In this document: piece by piece, positions 28,539-37,567 of the stretch
Layout: each line of letters opens with the position of its first letter
How positions within the stretch are numbered: the first letter of the stretch is position 1
Assembly (NCBI RefSeq): GCF_036569425.1
Contig: NZ_DATCQQ010000019.1
Span: 378-64,377 of the forward strand
Origin: Lacisediminihabitans sp.
GTDB taxonomy: Bacteria > Actinomycetota > Actinomycetes > Actinomycetales > Microbacteriaceae
Direction of reading: 5' to 3'
Length of the DNA stretch: 64,000 nt
Notes under the pieces: model-generated
Told to the model about the DNA's origin: nothing
The model's database searches: none
The model's input: only the letters and a program-made list of their open reading frames with translations
Position numbers and translations under genes: made by a program

Positions 28539-30260
28539 ATGGTGCGACTGGCGAATCGGTGGAGCATTGCGAGTCGCGTCTTCGCCGTGCAGCTCGCGGC
28601 CGTGATCGTGCTGAGCGGCTGCCTCACCCTCGTGCTGTGGCTCAGCCTGCGCGACTCGGCAGACGAGAACGCCGGTCGGGTGACCCTCGCCGTCGCGACC
28701 ACCCTCGCGACAGACCCGACGGTGATTTCCGGCGTGCGGTCCGCCGATCCGAGCGCCGAACTGCAGCCTTTCGCGCTGCGGGTGATGCGATCGACCGGTG
28801 TCGACTTCGTGACGATCATGGACCCCACCGGCACGCGCTTCACGCATCCAAACCCCGCCGAGATCGGCAAGAAGTTCATCGGCACGATCTCCCTCGCCCA
28901 GCACGGCAAGCCGCTGACCGAGACCTACACGGGCACCCTCGGCCCATCGGTGCGCTCGGTGGTCCCCGTGCTTCTCGACGGCACGGTGATCGGGATCGTG
29001 TCGGCGGGCGAGACCGTCACCAATGTGGCGGCGTCCCTCGCCCCGCGCATCCCGTTCATGATCGGGGCGGCCGCGCTGCTCGTGGTCGTCGGCAGCATCG
29101 GAGCCTTCGTCGCCCGGCGGCTTCTGAGCCGCGTGACCGGCTCGATGCGGCCCTCCGAGCTGTCGCGCATGGTCGACTACTACGAGTCGGTGCTTCACTC
29201 GGTGCGCGAGGGGCTCATCCTCGCCGATGCCACCGGACGGGTGGTGCTCTACAACGACGAGGCCGCCGAGCTGCTCGACCTCCCGCCGGCCACGAACGAC
29301 CTGCAGCCCCAGACGGCGGCGGAGCTCGACCTGCCTCCGACGATCGCCGCCCTGGTGGCGAGCGGCGGGCGGGCGGTCGAGGAGTCGCACGTCGCCGGCC
29401 ACCGGGTGCTTGTGGTGAACCAGGAGCCGGCGACACCGCCCGGCGGCTCGGCCCGCGCGTCGGTCGGCACGCTGATGACGCTGCGCGACCGCACCGAGGT
29501 GCAGCGGCTCTCCGGCGAGCTCGAGTCGGTTCGCACGCTGAGCGACGCCCTCCGATCGCAGACCCACGAGTACGCCAATCGACTGCACACGGTCGTCTCT
29601 CTGCTCGAGCTCGGCCGCACGAGAGACGCGATCGACCTCATCGCCCACCAGGTGCAGCTCAGCCAGTCGCTCGCGGATGACGTCGTCGGCGCGGTCAATG
29701 AGCCCGCCCTCGCCGCGCTGCTGCTCGGCAAGGCCGCCCAGGCCGGCGAACGCGGCATCGAGCTGCGCCTCGAGATCGGGCAGGACCTCGCCCCCTCGGC
29801 CATGGACCCGGCGGATCTCGTCTCGGTGGTCGGCAACCTCGTCGACAACGCGATGGATGCCGCGGTCGCCGGCTCCGCGCCGCCGTGGGTGAGGGTGGCC
29901 CTCGGCACCAATCACGAGCACGGCTGCGTGGAGCTCACCGTGACCGACAGCGGACGCGGGGTCGAGAACGCCATCGGCGAGCGCATCTTCTCCCCCGGTT
30001 TCTCCACCAAACCGGGCGGTGCCACCGGGCGGGGCTTCGGGCTCGCGGTCGTTCGGCAGGTGCTGCAGATCCACGGCGGCAGCATCGAGCTGCTGCCGGG
30101 CTCGACCACCGAGTTCCGCGCCCGATGGCCGATCGCAGCGGTGCCGAACGCACCCGGGCCGAACGCACCCCGGCCGAACGCACCCGGGCCGATCGCAGCG
30201 GTGCCGAACGCAGCTGTGCCGAACGCACCAGGGCCGAACGACGATTCGGTCGGCTCGTGA
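28539..30260 (+). CDS. CitA/DcuS-type sensor histidine kinase
   Basis: Two TM segments with a Cache-like domain, a PAS domain, LRSQTHEYANRLH, GNLVDNA, DSGRG, GFSTK and GFGL. Confidence 0.93.
   Translation: MVRLANRWSIASRVFAVQLAAVIVLSGCLTLVLWLSLRDSADENAGRVTLAVATTLATDPTVISGVRSADPSAELQPFALRVMRSTGVDFVTIMDPTGTRFTHPNPAEIGKKFIGTISLAQHGKPLTETYTGTLGPSVRSVVPVLLDGTVIGIVSAGETVTNVAASLAPRIPFMIGAAALLVVVGSIGAFVARRLLSRVTGSMRPSELSRMVDYYESVLHSVREGLILADATGRVVLYNDEAAELLDLPPATNDLQPQTAAELDLPPTIAALVASGGRAVEESHVAGHRVLVVNQEPATPPGGSARASVGTLMTLRDRTEVQRLSGELESVRTLSDALRSQTHEYANRLHTVVSLLELGRTRDAIDLIAHQVQLSQSLADDVVGAVNEPALAALLLGKAAQAGERGIELRLEIGQDLAPSAMDPADLVSVVGNLVDNAMDAAVAGSAPPWVRVALGTNHEHGCVELTVTDSGRGVENAIGERIFSPGFSTKPGGATGRGFGLAVVRQVLQIHGGSIELLPGSTTEFRARWPIAAVPNAPGPNAPRPNAPGPIAAVPNAAVPNAPGPNDDSVGS
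30128..30240 (+). repeat. 15-bp VNTR (8 units) in the kinase 3' end
   Basis: GCCGA(A/T)CGCA... every 15 bp from 30128 to 30233; encodes PIAAV/PNAPG pentapeptides. Confidence 0.9.
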
Positions 30261-30946
30261 TCCGCACCCTCGTCGTCGAGGACGACGCCCTCACCGCCGA
30301 GGCCCATGCCGCCTACCTCGGCCGCATCGACGGCTTCGAGGTGGCGGGCGTCGTCGCCTCCCTCACCGAGGCACTCGCGGCGATCAGGGGAACCGCCGGT
30401 GGCGGCCCGATCGATCTCGTGCTGCTCGACATGAACCTGCCGGACGGCCGCGGAATCGACCTCGCCCGCCGGCTCCGCGCGGCGGGGGTCGCCGTGGACA
30501 TCATCGCGATCACCGCGGTGCGAGACATCGAGGTGGTGCACACCGCCATCTCGGTCGGCATCGTGCAGTACCTGATCAAGCCGTTCACTTTCGCCACCTT
30601 CGCCGCCAAGCTCGGAACCTACCTCGACTATCGGCGGCGGCTCGAGGCGGCGTCGTCCTCCTCGGCCACTCAGTCTGACGTCGACGGGATGATCGCGTCC
30701 CTGCGCTCGCCGGTCGACCTCCCGATTCCCAAGGGGCTCGCCGGCGCAACCCTCGAGGCGGTGCTCGATCATGTGCGGGGTGCGGATCGGGCACTCTCCG
30801 CCGCGGAGGTGGCCGAGCCGCTCCACCTCTCGAGGGTGACCGCTCGCCGCTATCTCGAGCACCTCGCCGAGGCCGGCCAGGTCACCCGCTCCCCGCGATA
30901 CGGCACCCCCGGCAGGCCGGAACTCGAGTACCGCTGGGCTGGCTGA
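30257..30946 (+). CDS. CitB/DcuR-type response regulator
   Basis: LVVEDD, LVLLDMNLPDG, YLIKPF, C-terminal winged HTH SRVTARRYLEHL...YGTPGRP; GTGA overlap with the kinase. Confidence 0.93.
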   Translation: MIRTLVVEDDALTAEAHAAYLGRIDGFEVAGVVASLTEALAAIRGTAGGGPIDLVLLDMNLPDGRGIDLARRLRAAGVAVDIIAITAVRDIEVVHTAISVGIVQYLIKPFTFATFAAKLGTYLDYRRRLEAASSSSATQSDVDGMIASLRSPVDLPIPKGLAGATLEAVLDHVRGADRALSAAEVAEPLHLSRVTARRYLEHLAEAGQVTRSPRYGTPGRPELEYRWAG

Positions 30947-30949
30947 GTC

Positions 30950-31600
30950 TCAGCGGGTGGTCGCCAGCCACGACGGCACGGGCGGGCAGCGTTGCTCGAA
31001 GTAGTCGATCGTGGCATCCGGAAGGCCGCCGAGCCACACCTGTTCGTACGGATTCCAGAAGCGACCCTGGCTGTCGCCGGAGATGAAAGCGGCGCGCCCG
31101 GGCGGCTCGGGAGAGGGCAGCCCGGAGGCGAGCAGGCACGGTCGCACAAAGCCGACGAAGTAGGAGCGAAGCGCCCGGTAGTCGTGCTGCGGCAGGCCCG
31201 AGCTGAACGAGCTGACCGGAGCGAACTGCGCCGCGCAGGTGTAGTTCGATATGGCCACCTCGAGCGCGGTCTGGCCGAACGTGGAGCTGACGCTGTAGCT
31301 GGACCCGTCACCGGACAACCGGGCCTCGAAACCGGCGGCGCGCAGGCAGCCCACCCGGGATCGCAGCCAGTTCCAGTCGCTCACGACTCGCGTCGCCCGC
31401 ACCCGGGGGCGCAGCGCCTCCGGGTAGCCATGGGCCACGGACGCCCAGGCGGCGTCGATATAGGTCTGACGCACGCGATGCAGGTCGCCCGCGCTCACCG
31501 GCGACCGCGCGGCCACCGGGGCGCAGCCGGCGAGCGCGGCGGCCACCAGCGCGGCAGCCACCAACAGCGCGCCGAGCGGTGCACGACGCCGGCCGGTCAT
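30950..31600 (-). CDS. Hypothetical 4-Cys lipoprotein (paralog B)
   Basis: Lipobox LAGC; GCLRAAGF, YTC, YFVGFVRPCL, WNPY, EQRCPPVPSWL. Confidence 0.8.
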   Translation of the reverse strand: MTGRRRAPLGALLVAAALVAAALAGCAPVAARSPVSAGDLHRVRQTYIDAAWASVAHGYPEALRPRVRATRVVSDWNWLRSRVGCLRAAGFEARLSGDGSSYSVSSTFGQTALEVAISNYTCAAQFAPVSSFSSGLPQHDYRALRSYFVGFVRPCLLASGLPSPEPPGRAAFISGDSQGRFWNPYEQVWLGGLPDATIDYFEQRCPPVPSWLATTR

Positions 31601-32247
31601 CCGCTGCCCAGGTTGAGCCAGACGGGCACCGGCGGGCAGCGTTGCTCAAGGTAGTCGAGCCGGCTGGCCGGGATGCCGCTCGTCCAGATCACCTGGTATG
31701 GATTCCAGCCCGCGAGCCCGGCGAGGCTCTCGACCGCCGATCGATCGGGAGAGGCAGGCGAGGGTGCACCGGCGAGCAGGAGGCACGGCCGCACCACGTT
31801 GAGGTAGTACCCGTAAAGCGACGCGGACTGCCGCGGCCCCAGGCGCGCAGCGACCGCGGACTCCGCCGGATGGCTCCCCTCGCAGCTGTACAGCGCTACC
31901 GCGTACTCCAGCGGCGTCTTTCCGCGGCCGTTGCGGTACTCGACGCCGCCGACCGACTGGACGGCGACGAACCCGAGCCGGTGCAGGCAGCCGATCACGG
32001 CCGCCGGCCAGTCGTGGTCGGGCACGGTGGGGGCGATCACGACACGCGGCCGCAGCGCCTCCGGGTACTGATCGGCCACCGGCTGCCAGCGGGCATCCAG
32101 AATATCGGTTCGAATGCTCTCCCGCTCCGCCTGGCTGATGGGCGAGCCCGCCGGCCCTCCTGCGCACCCCGCGAGCAGCAGCACGGATGCCGCGAGCGCC
32201 ACGCCGCGCGGGAACCAGCCGCGAAAGACCATGCTCCAGTCTCGCAT
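31597..32247 (-). CDS. Hypothetical 4-Cys lipoprotein (paralog C)
   Basis: Lipobox LAGC; GCLHRLGF, YSC, LYGYY...RPCL, WNPY, EQRCPPVPVWL. Confidence 0.8.
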   Translation of the reverse strand: MRDWSMVFRGWFPRGVALAASVLLLAGCAGGPAGSPISQAERESIRTDILDARWQPVADQYPEALRPRVVIAPTVPDHDWPAAVIGCLHRLGFVAVQSVGGVEYRNGRGKTPLEYAVALYSCEGSHPAESAVAARLGPRQSASLYGYYLNVVRPCLLLAGAPSPASPDRSAVESLAGLAGWNPYQVIWTSGIPASRLDYLEQRCPPVPVWLNLGSG

Positions 32248-32292
32248 TGGTTCAGTATCGTCTCGGGGCGGGCGTGCCGAACAGGGGCGCCG

Positions 32293-32925
32293 TCACCGCC
32301 CGAGGTCGAGCCACGGCGGCACGGGAGGGCAGCGCTGCTCGAGGTAATGGACGACCGGGTCCGGCAGCGCCTGCCAGGCCAGGTCGAACGGGTGCCAGAT
32401 CGGTTTGCTCACGGCGCTCGTGACGAACGCGAACCAGTCGGGCGGAGGGCTCGACGGCGCCCCGGCCACGAGCAGACACGGGCGCACCGACCCCACGTAG
32501 TAGCGGTAGAGGGCGTCGAGCTGGGGGCGATTGAGGTATCGCGTCACCTCGGTCGCCGTCGGGGTGGTCGAATCGCACACGTAGCGGGAGACCGCCACCC
32601 GGGTGGCCGAGAAGTCAGGCGGGGCGGTGTAGGTGAGTCCGTCGCGCAGCACAATGGCGTTGAAACCCCGATCACGGAGGCAGGCGACCATCGTGCCGGC
32701 CCAGGCCTCGTCGGGGATCGTTCGCGTGATCACGACAACGGGCTGTTCGGTGCCCGGGAACTCGCCGGCCACCGTCGACCAGTTCGAGTTGAGAATCTCG
32801 ACACCGATCCGGTGCCGGTCCTTGGGTGAGACGACCTCCCTGGTGGAGGCGGTGGCACACCCAGCGAGAAGTACAGCGCTGGCCAGAAGCGCCAGCGTCG
32901 CGGCCCATCGGCGAGACCGTGCCAT
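32293..32925 (-). CDS. Hypothetical 4-Cys lipoprotein (paralog D)
   Basis: Lipobox LAGC; ACLRDRGF, YVC, LYRYYVGSVRPCL, WHPF, EQRCPPVPPWL. Confidence 0.8.
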   Translation of the reverse strand: MARSRRWAATLALLASAVLLAGCATASTREVVSPKDRHRIGVEILNSNWSTVAGEFPGTEQPVVVITRTIPDEAWAGTMVACLRDRGFNAIVLRDGLTYTAPPDFSATRVAVSRYVCDSTTPTATEVTRYLNRPQLDALYRYYVGSVRPCLLVAGAPSSPPPDWFAFVTSAVSKPIWHPFDLAWQALPDPVVHYLEQRCPPVPPWLDLGR

Positions 32926-32989
32926 CTGGCAATTCTCCCACCGTCCGGCCCGTGTGGCGGAGCCGGAATGCCCTAGCGGGTCTGTTCCA

Positions 32990-33415
32990 TCACCGGGTCT
33001 GGCCCATCAGAAGATCCACCCGCAGGCCGTCGCGGGTCTTCACGACCTTCGCGGGAATCCGCGCCTTCACGCCGCGCTTCTCCAGGCGACTGAGGGCCTC
33101 ATCCACCACCGACTCGAGACCGCGGGGAACCGTGCCGACGACGCCGGTGACCCGGCCGCCCGCGAACAGCCGGATGACGAGAGGCGCGTCGGTGCGCTCG
33201 TCCTCTGGGTTCCGCCGCGAGATGGCGGTCTCGATGCCCTCTGCGCCGCTCTCCAGCACCTTCGCGATCTCGTCCTGGTGCGGGTTGCTGTTCGCCAGGC
33301 GCAGGGTGACACGGCCATTCGAGGGAATCAGGTCGTACTTGTAACTGCTGAACGATCCGGCCCCCCGATCACCTTTGGGCAGGGAGGTGTCTTCGTCGCG
33401 ATTCCAGAAAGCCAT
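32990..33415 (-). CDS. Conserved hypothetical protein, possibly HIRAN-like
   Basis: Coherent codon usage; a beta-rich segment ending VVGTVPRGLESVV resembles the HIRAN xGYxP motif (weak). Confidence 0.65.
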   Translation of the reverse strand: MAFWNRDEDTSLPKGDRGAGSFSSYKYDLIPSNGRVTLRLANSNPHQDEIAKVLESGAEGIETAISRRNPEDERTDAPLVIRLFAGGRVTGVVGTVPRGLESVVDEALSRLEKRGVKARIPAKVVKTRDGLRVDLLMGQTR

Positions 33416-33492
33416 GTCACGATGCTATCCACTGCCGGCCGCCGCTCTGCCCACTGGCCCCGCTCGCGTGGCCACCCTGTGGCCGATGCCCG

Positions 33493-33578
33493 TTCCGAAA
33501 TCCATGCATCGCTCGCGACACGCCGGCTTGCCGCGCCCGACACGCCGTAGGCCCACACGGATTGCATGGATTTCGGAA
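33493..33578. repeat. Palindromic REP/MITE-like element, copy 1
   Basis: TTCCGAAATCCATGCA...TGCATGGATTTCGGAA 16-bp terminal inverted repeats; two internal CGACACGCCG. Confidence 0.85.
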
Positions 33579-33657
33579 TGGGCCACGGGTGGGCGGAACG
33601 GGACGGGTGTCCGGCAAGGGCGGGGCGGGCGGATGCCGCACCGCCCACCACGTCGGG

Positions 33658-34140
33658 CTAGGCGGCTTCTTCCGCCGAATACCGGCTCGATCGGCCGCCG
33701 TACATGCGGCGACGAAGCTGCCCGGGGGCGTGCTCCGTGCGGGCCGGGGCATCGATCACCGCGTCATCCGCGACGACGGCGTCCGGCTCGATGCGGGCAC
33801 CGCTCGCGATCTGCACGTTGCTGCCGATCCGGGAGTGGCTGCCCAGTCTGGCGCCGCTGCCCACCTGGCTGTCGCGCCCTACGTGCACGTTCTGGCCGAC
33901 GAACACTCGCTCGCCTATCGTTACACCCTGGTCGATCCAACTCCCGGCGCCGATCGACGAACCGTCGCCGACGCGCGCGTCTGCCTCCACATAGGCCGTC
34001 GACGAGACGAATGCGCCCGGCTGCACGCGCGCCCGGGGCGAAACCAGTCCGCTGCCGTTGGCGTGGCGCCGATACTTCACAACCGTCCCGGTGGAGTCTT
34101 CGACTTCTTCATTCACTCTTCCCACTGGGACCTCCTTCAC
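33658..34140 (-). CDS. Hexapeptide-repeat (left-handed beta-helix) protein
   Basis: Repeated [VI]GxxxxI hexapeptides (VGDGSSIGAGSWIDQGVTIGERVFVGQNVHVGRDSQVGSGARLG). Start uncertain. Confidence 0.8.
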   Translation of the reverse strand: MKEVPVGRVNEEVEDSTGTVVKYRRHANGSGLVSPRARVQPGAFVSSTAYVEADARVGDGSSIGAGSWIDQGVTIGERVFVGQNVHVGRDSQVGSGARLGSHSRIGSNVQIASGARIEPDAVVADDAVIDAPARTEHAPGQLRRRMYGGRSSRYSAEEAA

Positions 34141-34232
34141 TGTTCGAGGTGCGACCGCACGATCTCCGCACGGTCATCACCTGATCAATTCAACGTCTGA
34201 CGGGGGCTTTTGATTCCTTCGCGCGAGATGCG

Positions 34233-34263
34233 AAAAGGCCCGCCCCGGGTAGGGGCGGGCCTT
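34233..34263 (-). terminator. Intrinsic terminator of rpsO
   Basis: AAGGCCCGCCCC-gggta-GGGGCGGGCCTT stem with a U-run on the minus strand. Confidence 0.85.
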
Positions 34264-34300
34264 CGAGCCAGATCGCGATCCGGTGCGACCAGGTCGAAAC

Positions 34301-34570
34301 CTAGCGGCGCAGGCCGAGACGCTCGATGAGCGTGCGGTAACGCGAGATGTCGATGTCCTGCAGGTAGCCCAGCAGGCGACGACGCTGGCCAACAAGCAGA
34401 AGCAGGCCACGACGCGAGTGGTGGTCATGCTTGTGCTCTTTCAAGTGCTCGGTGAGATCCTTGATGCGCGCGGTCAGCATTGCGACCTGCACCTCGGGGC
34501 TACCGGTGTCACCTGGATGGGTGGCGTACTCGTCGATAATCGTCTTCTTGGCATCTGGTGCTAATGGCAT
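34301..34570 (-). CDS. rpsO: 30S ribosomal protein S15
   Basis: [16 protein letters not shown]...[29 protein letters not shown]...LGLRR. Confidence 0.99.
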   Translation of the reverse strand: MPLAPDAKKTIIDEYATHPGDTGSPEVQVAMLTARIKDLTEHLKEHKHDHHSRRGLLLLVGQRRRLLGYLQDIDISRYRTLIERLGLRR

Positions 34571-34665
34571 AGATGGCCCCTCTCACTCGTTGCGCGGTGC
34601 CCGTCACTGGATGTGCGAGCTCTCTTTGTCCGCGGCCGTTCGACGGCAACCTTGCGAGTTTAGCA
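34571..34665 (-). promoter_or_regulatory. rpsO promoter (TG-n-TAAACT) and ~80-nt leader, candidate S15 autoregulatory RNA
   Basis: Extended -10 at 34657-34665; the leader contains complementary CCGCGG/CCGCG segments. S15 leaders are known in actinobacteria, but no model was run. Confidence 0.45.
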
Positions 34666-34714
34666 TCCCGGGGACACCCCGCTCCCCGGCGCCCAGTCAC
34701 GGTCAACGAGACGG

Positions 34715-35227
34715 CTAACCCCCGATCGCGACGAGCGCCTCGTTGTGCTTGAGGAATCCGGGCTTCCAGGGCGGGTCGAACCTGGCGAAGTACAGGCTCC
34801 CCCACCGGGTGCAGTCCGGCGCGCTCCACCGCCTCGAGCGGCGCCGTCCCGTTCTCCTCGAACTTCGCCTCGCTCCAGCCCCCGCCGAAACGGCGAGCGG
34901 CCACATCGTGAGCGGGCACGCCCCTGGTGCTCGCCTGGGCATCCGTCGGCACCGGCACCGACGCGATGTCCGTGTCGTCGGGCAGCACGAAGCTCACGGT
35001 GTGTGCGTTCTCGGCGATCGGCTCCTGGAGCACTGGGGCCGTCATGGGGATCCGCGCGGAGGAGGCGATTCGCCCGCTGATGTAGCCGATCAGGGGGCGG
35101 AAACCGAGGTTGCCGGCGCGCAGGAAGTCGCCCTGCGCACTCACCTCACGAGAACGTAGTCCGGATAGTGGCGCAACTCGAAGCCGTCGTAGTGGCGGAT
35201 CACCTCATACGCCTGCTGCTCGGTCAT
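34715..35227 (-). pseudogene. SOUL heme-binding protein gene with two frameshifts
   Basis: MTEQQAYEV...FELRHYP hits TGA at 35141-35143; the middle (GFRPLIGYISG..IPMTAPV) is in another frame; the end (ARFDPPWKPGFLKHNE) is back in the start frame after a G5 run at 34799-34803. Confidence 0.8.
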
Positions 35228-35325
35228 AGCGGCGATTGTAGGCCACACCACTGGGCAATCCCCTTACCGGAAAAGGAGGGGCGACGACCCGCCTCACCCG
35301 AAGAGACAGGCCGCCGCGCTCTCAG

Positions 35326-36381
35326 TCACGCGTTGATGATCACCTTGAGCGCCTTGGTCTCAGCCGCGCGACCGAAGACGTCATACGCCTCGAGGATGTT
35401 GTCGAGCGTGAAGGTGTGGCTCACGAAGTTCTCCGCCACGATCTTCTTCTGCGCGACGAGCTTGAGCAGGGTGCCGAGCGTGTTGGTGTTCACGAGGCCC
35501 ATGCTGATGTTGATGTTGGAGATCCAGAGGTCCTGCAGCGCGAGCTCCACCGGATGGCCGTGCACCCCGACATTGGCGACGTGGCCGGCCGGCCGCACGA
35601 TGTCGACACACATCGTGAACGTCTGCGGGATTCCGACGGCCTCGATCGCGACGTCGACGCCGAGCCCGTCGGTGAGGGCGAGCACCTGCTCCTTCCAGTC
35701 GGCGGAGGTCGAGACCACGCCATCCGTCGCCCCGAACTTCTTCGCCTGTTCGACGCGGTTCGCGTCGACGTCGATCGCGATGATCCGGGACGGGCCGTAG
35801 AGCCCCGCGGTAGCGATCGCGGCGAGACCGACCGGTCCGGCGCCGATGACGGCGACGACGTCGCCCGGCTTCACCTGGCCGTACTTCACGCCGATCTCGT
35901 AGCCGGTGGGCAGAATGTCGGAGAGCACGGTGCCCTGTTGCGGCGTGACGCCGGCAGGCAGGAGGTAGACCGAGGTCTCCGCATACGGCACACGCACGTA
36001 CTCAGCCTGGGTGCCGTCGATGAGGTGGCCGAAGATCCAGCCGATGCCGGAGCGCCCCTCGTCGCCAAGGCAGTGCGAGAAGACGCCCTGCTTGCAGTAG
36101 TCGCAGTGCCCGCACGCGGAGATGCAGGAGAGAATCACCTGGTCACCGACCTTGAGGCTGGTCACGGCCGAGCCGACCTCGGTGATCGTGCCGACGCCCT
36201 CGTGGCCGAGGATCCGGCCGGGAGTCACCGCCGGCACGTCACCCTTGAGGATGTGCAGGTCGGTGCCGCAGATCGTGGTGGTGACCATCTTCACGATGAT
36301 GTCGGTGGGCTCCTTGAGCACCGGATCCGGCACGTCTTCCCACGATTTCTGGCCGGGCCCCTTGTATACGAGCGCCTTCAT
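35326..36381 (-). CDS. Zinc-dependent alcohol dehydrogenase (MDR family)
   Basis: MKALVYKGPG, ICGTDLH, GHEGVG, CGHCDYCKQGVFSHC, GAGPVG. The ORF track is over-extended upstream. Confidence 0.95.
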   Translation of the reverse strand: MKALVYKGPGQKSWEDVPDPVLKEPTDIIVKMVTTTICGTDLHILKGDVPAVTPGRILGHEGVGTITEVGSAVTSLKVGDQVILSCISACGHCDYCKQGVFSHCLGDEGRSGIGWIFGHLIDGTQAEYVRVPYAETSVYLLPAGVTPQQGTVLSDILPTGYEIGVKYGQVKPGDVVAVIGAGPVGLAAIATAGLYGPSRIIAIDVDANRVEQAKKFGATDGVVSTSADWKEQVLALTDGLGVDVAIEAVGIPQTFTMCVDIVRPAGHVANVGVHGHPVELALQDLWISNINISMGLVNTNTLGTLLKLVAQKKIVAENFVSHTFTLDNILEAYDVFGRAAETKALKVIINA

Positions 36382-36435
36382 GATGTCCCTTCGAGCCGTC
36401 AGTTCGACGCTACGGGGGCAGACCGCCCGAGGGAA

Positions 36436-36471
36436 GGGACCTTCGGCCCTCCCTTCGGGGCCGAACGGACT
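36436..36471 (-). promoter_or_regulatory. Tandem DosR/OsdR-like boxes upstream of the alcohol dehydrogenase
   Basis: GGGACCTTCGGCCC at 36436-36449 and GGGCCGAACGGACT at 36458-36471, 22 bp apart. Confidence 0.55.
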
Positions 36472-36497
36472 CGCCGGGCCCAGATCAACGCGAGAAC

Positions 36498-37457
36498 CTA
36501 GATCAGACGGACCAGTCCGGCGAGCAGGTCGAGGATGCCAGGAAGCAGGAGGTCGAAGGTCAGGATGAAGGTCGCGATGACGCCCAGGAGCCAGATCACC
36601 GATCGGGTCTTCGCGGAATCCACCTGCCGGCGCAGTTCCTCGAAACCCTGCAGGTACGGTCCGTTCTCGTCGTTCACGAAGGGCTGCGTGTGCCAGGTGG
36701 TCGGCTCCTCGGCGAACATCGAGAAATGCGCGACGGCCCTCGCCGACAGGATGTTCGGTCGAGCGAGGAGCCAGCGCCGCAGTCGGCTGGAGGCCAGCAC
36801 CGTGACGGTGGGGCGCTTGCGTCCGACCGTGATCGACGCCGGGTTGACGACGACGACGAGCGGCGTGACGGTCACCGGCCGACCCGTCACGCCGCTCAAG
36901 AGCTGGGACGCCCGCTCGGCCTCGTGCAGGGCCACCCGCAGGTGGTCGTGCTTCTGGCCGGCGACTATGAAGGTGCTGCCGGCGACGAAGACCCTGCGGT
37001 CGGCGTGGTTCCTGGTGCTCACGGTGAAGATGCCTGCCGGGCCGAGCACGATGTGGTCGATGTCCGCCCGACCGGAGCCGACCGGGACGGCGTGCAACAC
37101 GGTCCATCCGGCGCCGAGCTGCGAGAGCACCCGCGCCACCTCGATTTCGCCGAGGGCGCCGTGGTACCAGCTCCTGGCGGCCGGATCGAGTGGGCTTCGC
37201 CCGAGAACACGAGCGAGAGTCCCGAGCGGCGCGGCCTTCTGCTGCACAGCGAGGCACTCGCGGATCACGGAGTACGCCGGTCCCCTCGAGCGGAGCGACA
37301 GCGGTGGCCCAACCGGCGGCGGCTGGTCCGGGAGCGGCCGGGCCGGCGTTGACTGAACAGGCGCGGGTCGAACCGGGGCGGGTGGCGCGACGGACTCCAC
37401 GTGATCCCGTTCTGCCAGGTCTGTCATCGCTCCCCCAAGCTCCGATACATCGACCAT
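36498..37457 (-). CDS. NERD (nuclease-related) domain protein with C-terminal TM, paralog 1
   Basis: WYHGALGEIEVARVLSQLGAGWTVLHAVP...DIDHIVLGPAGIFTVSTRNH. Confidence 0.85.
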   Translation of the reverse strand: MVDVSELGGAMTDLAERDHVESVAPPAPVRPAPVQSTPARPLPDQPPPVGPPLSLRSRGPAYSVIRECLAVQQKAAPLGTLARVLGRSPLDPAARSWYHGALGEIEVARVLSQLGAGWTVLHAVPVGSGRADIDHIVLGPAGIFTVSTRNHADRRVFVAGSTFIVAGQKHDHLRVALHEAERASQLLSGVTGRPVTVTPLVVVVNPASITVGRKRPTVTVLASSRLRRWLLARPNILSARAVAHFSMFAEEPTTWHTQPFVNDENGPYLQGFEELRRQVDSAKTRSVIWLLGVIATFILTFDLLLPGILDLLAGLVRLI

Positions 37458-37567
37458 AGGCGTCGTCGCGAGACGGCGGCAGCCCCAGAACGGGTGCGGC
37501 CGGCCGCCGACCGTGCACGCTCGCGGCGGTGCCGGGCAGTGCGTGCCGGGGACGACCCCAGCACGCA

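Noticed and set aside
35326-37518. 730-aa ORF suggesting an extended alcohol dehydrogenase
   Set aside because: The real start is MKALVY at 36381; the upstream part is an off-frame read of the NERD gene.
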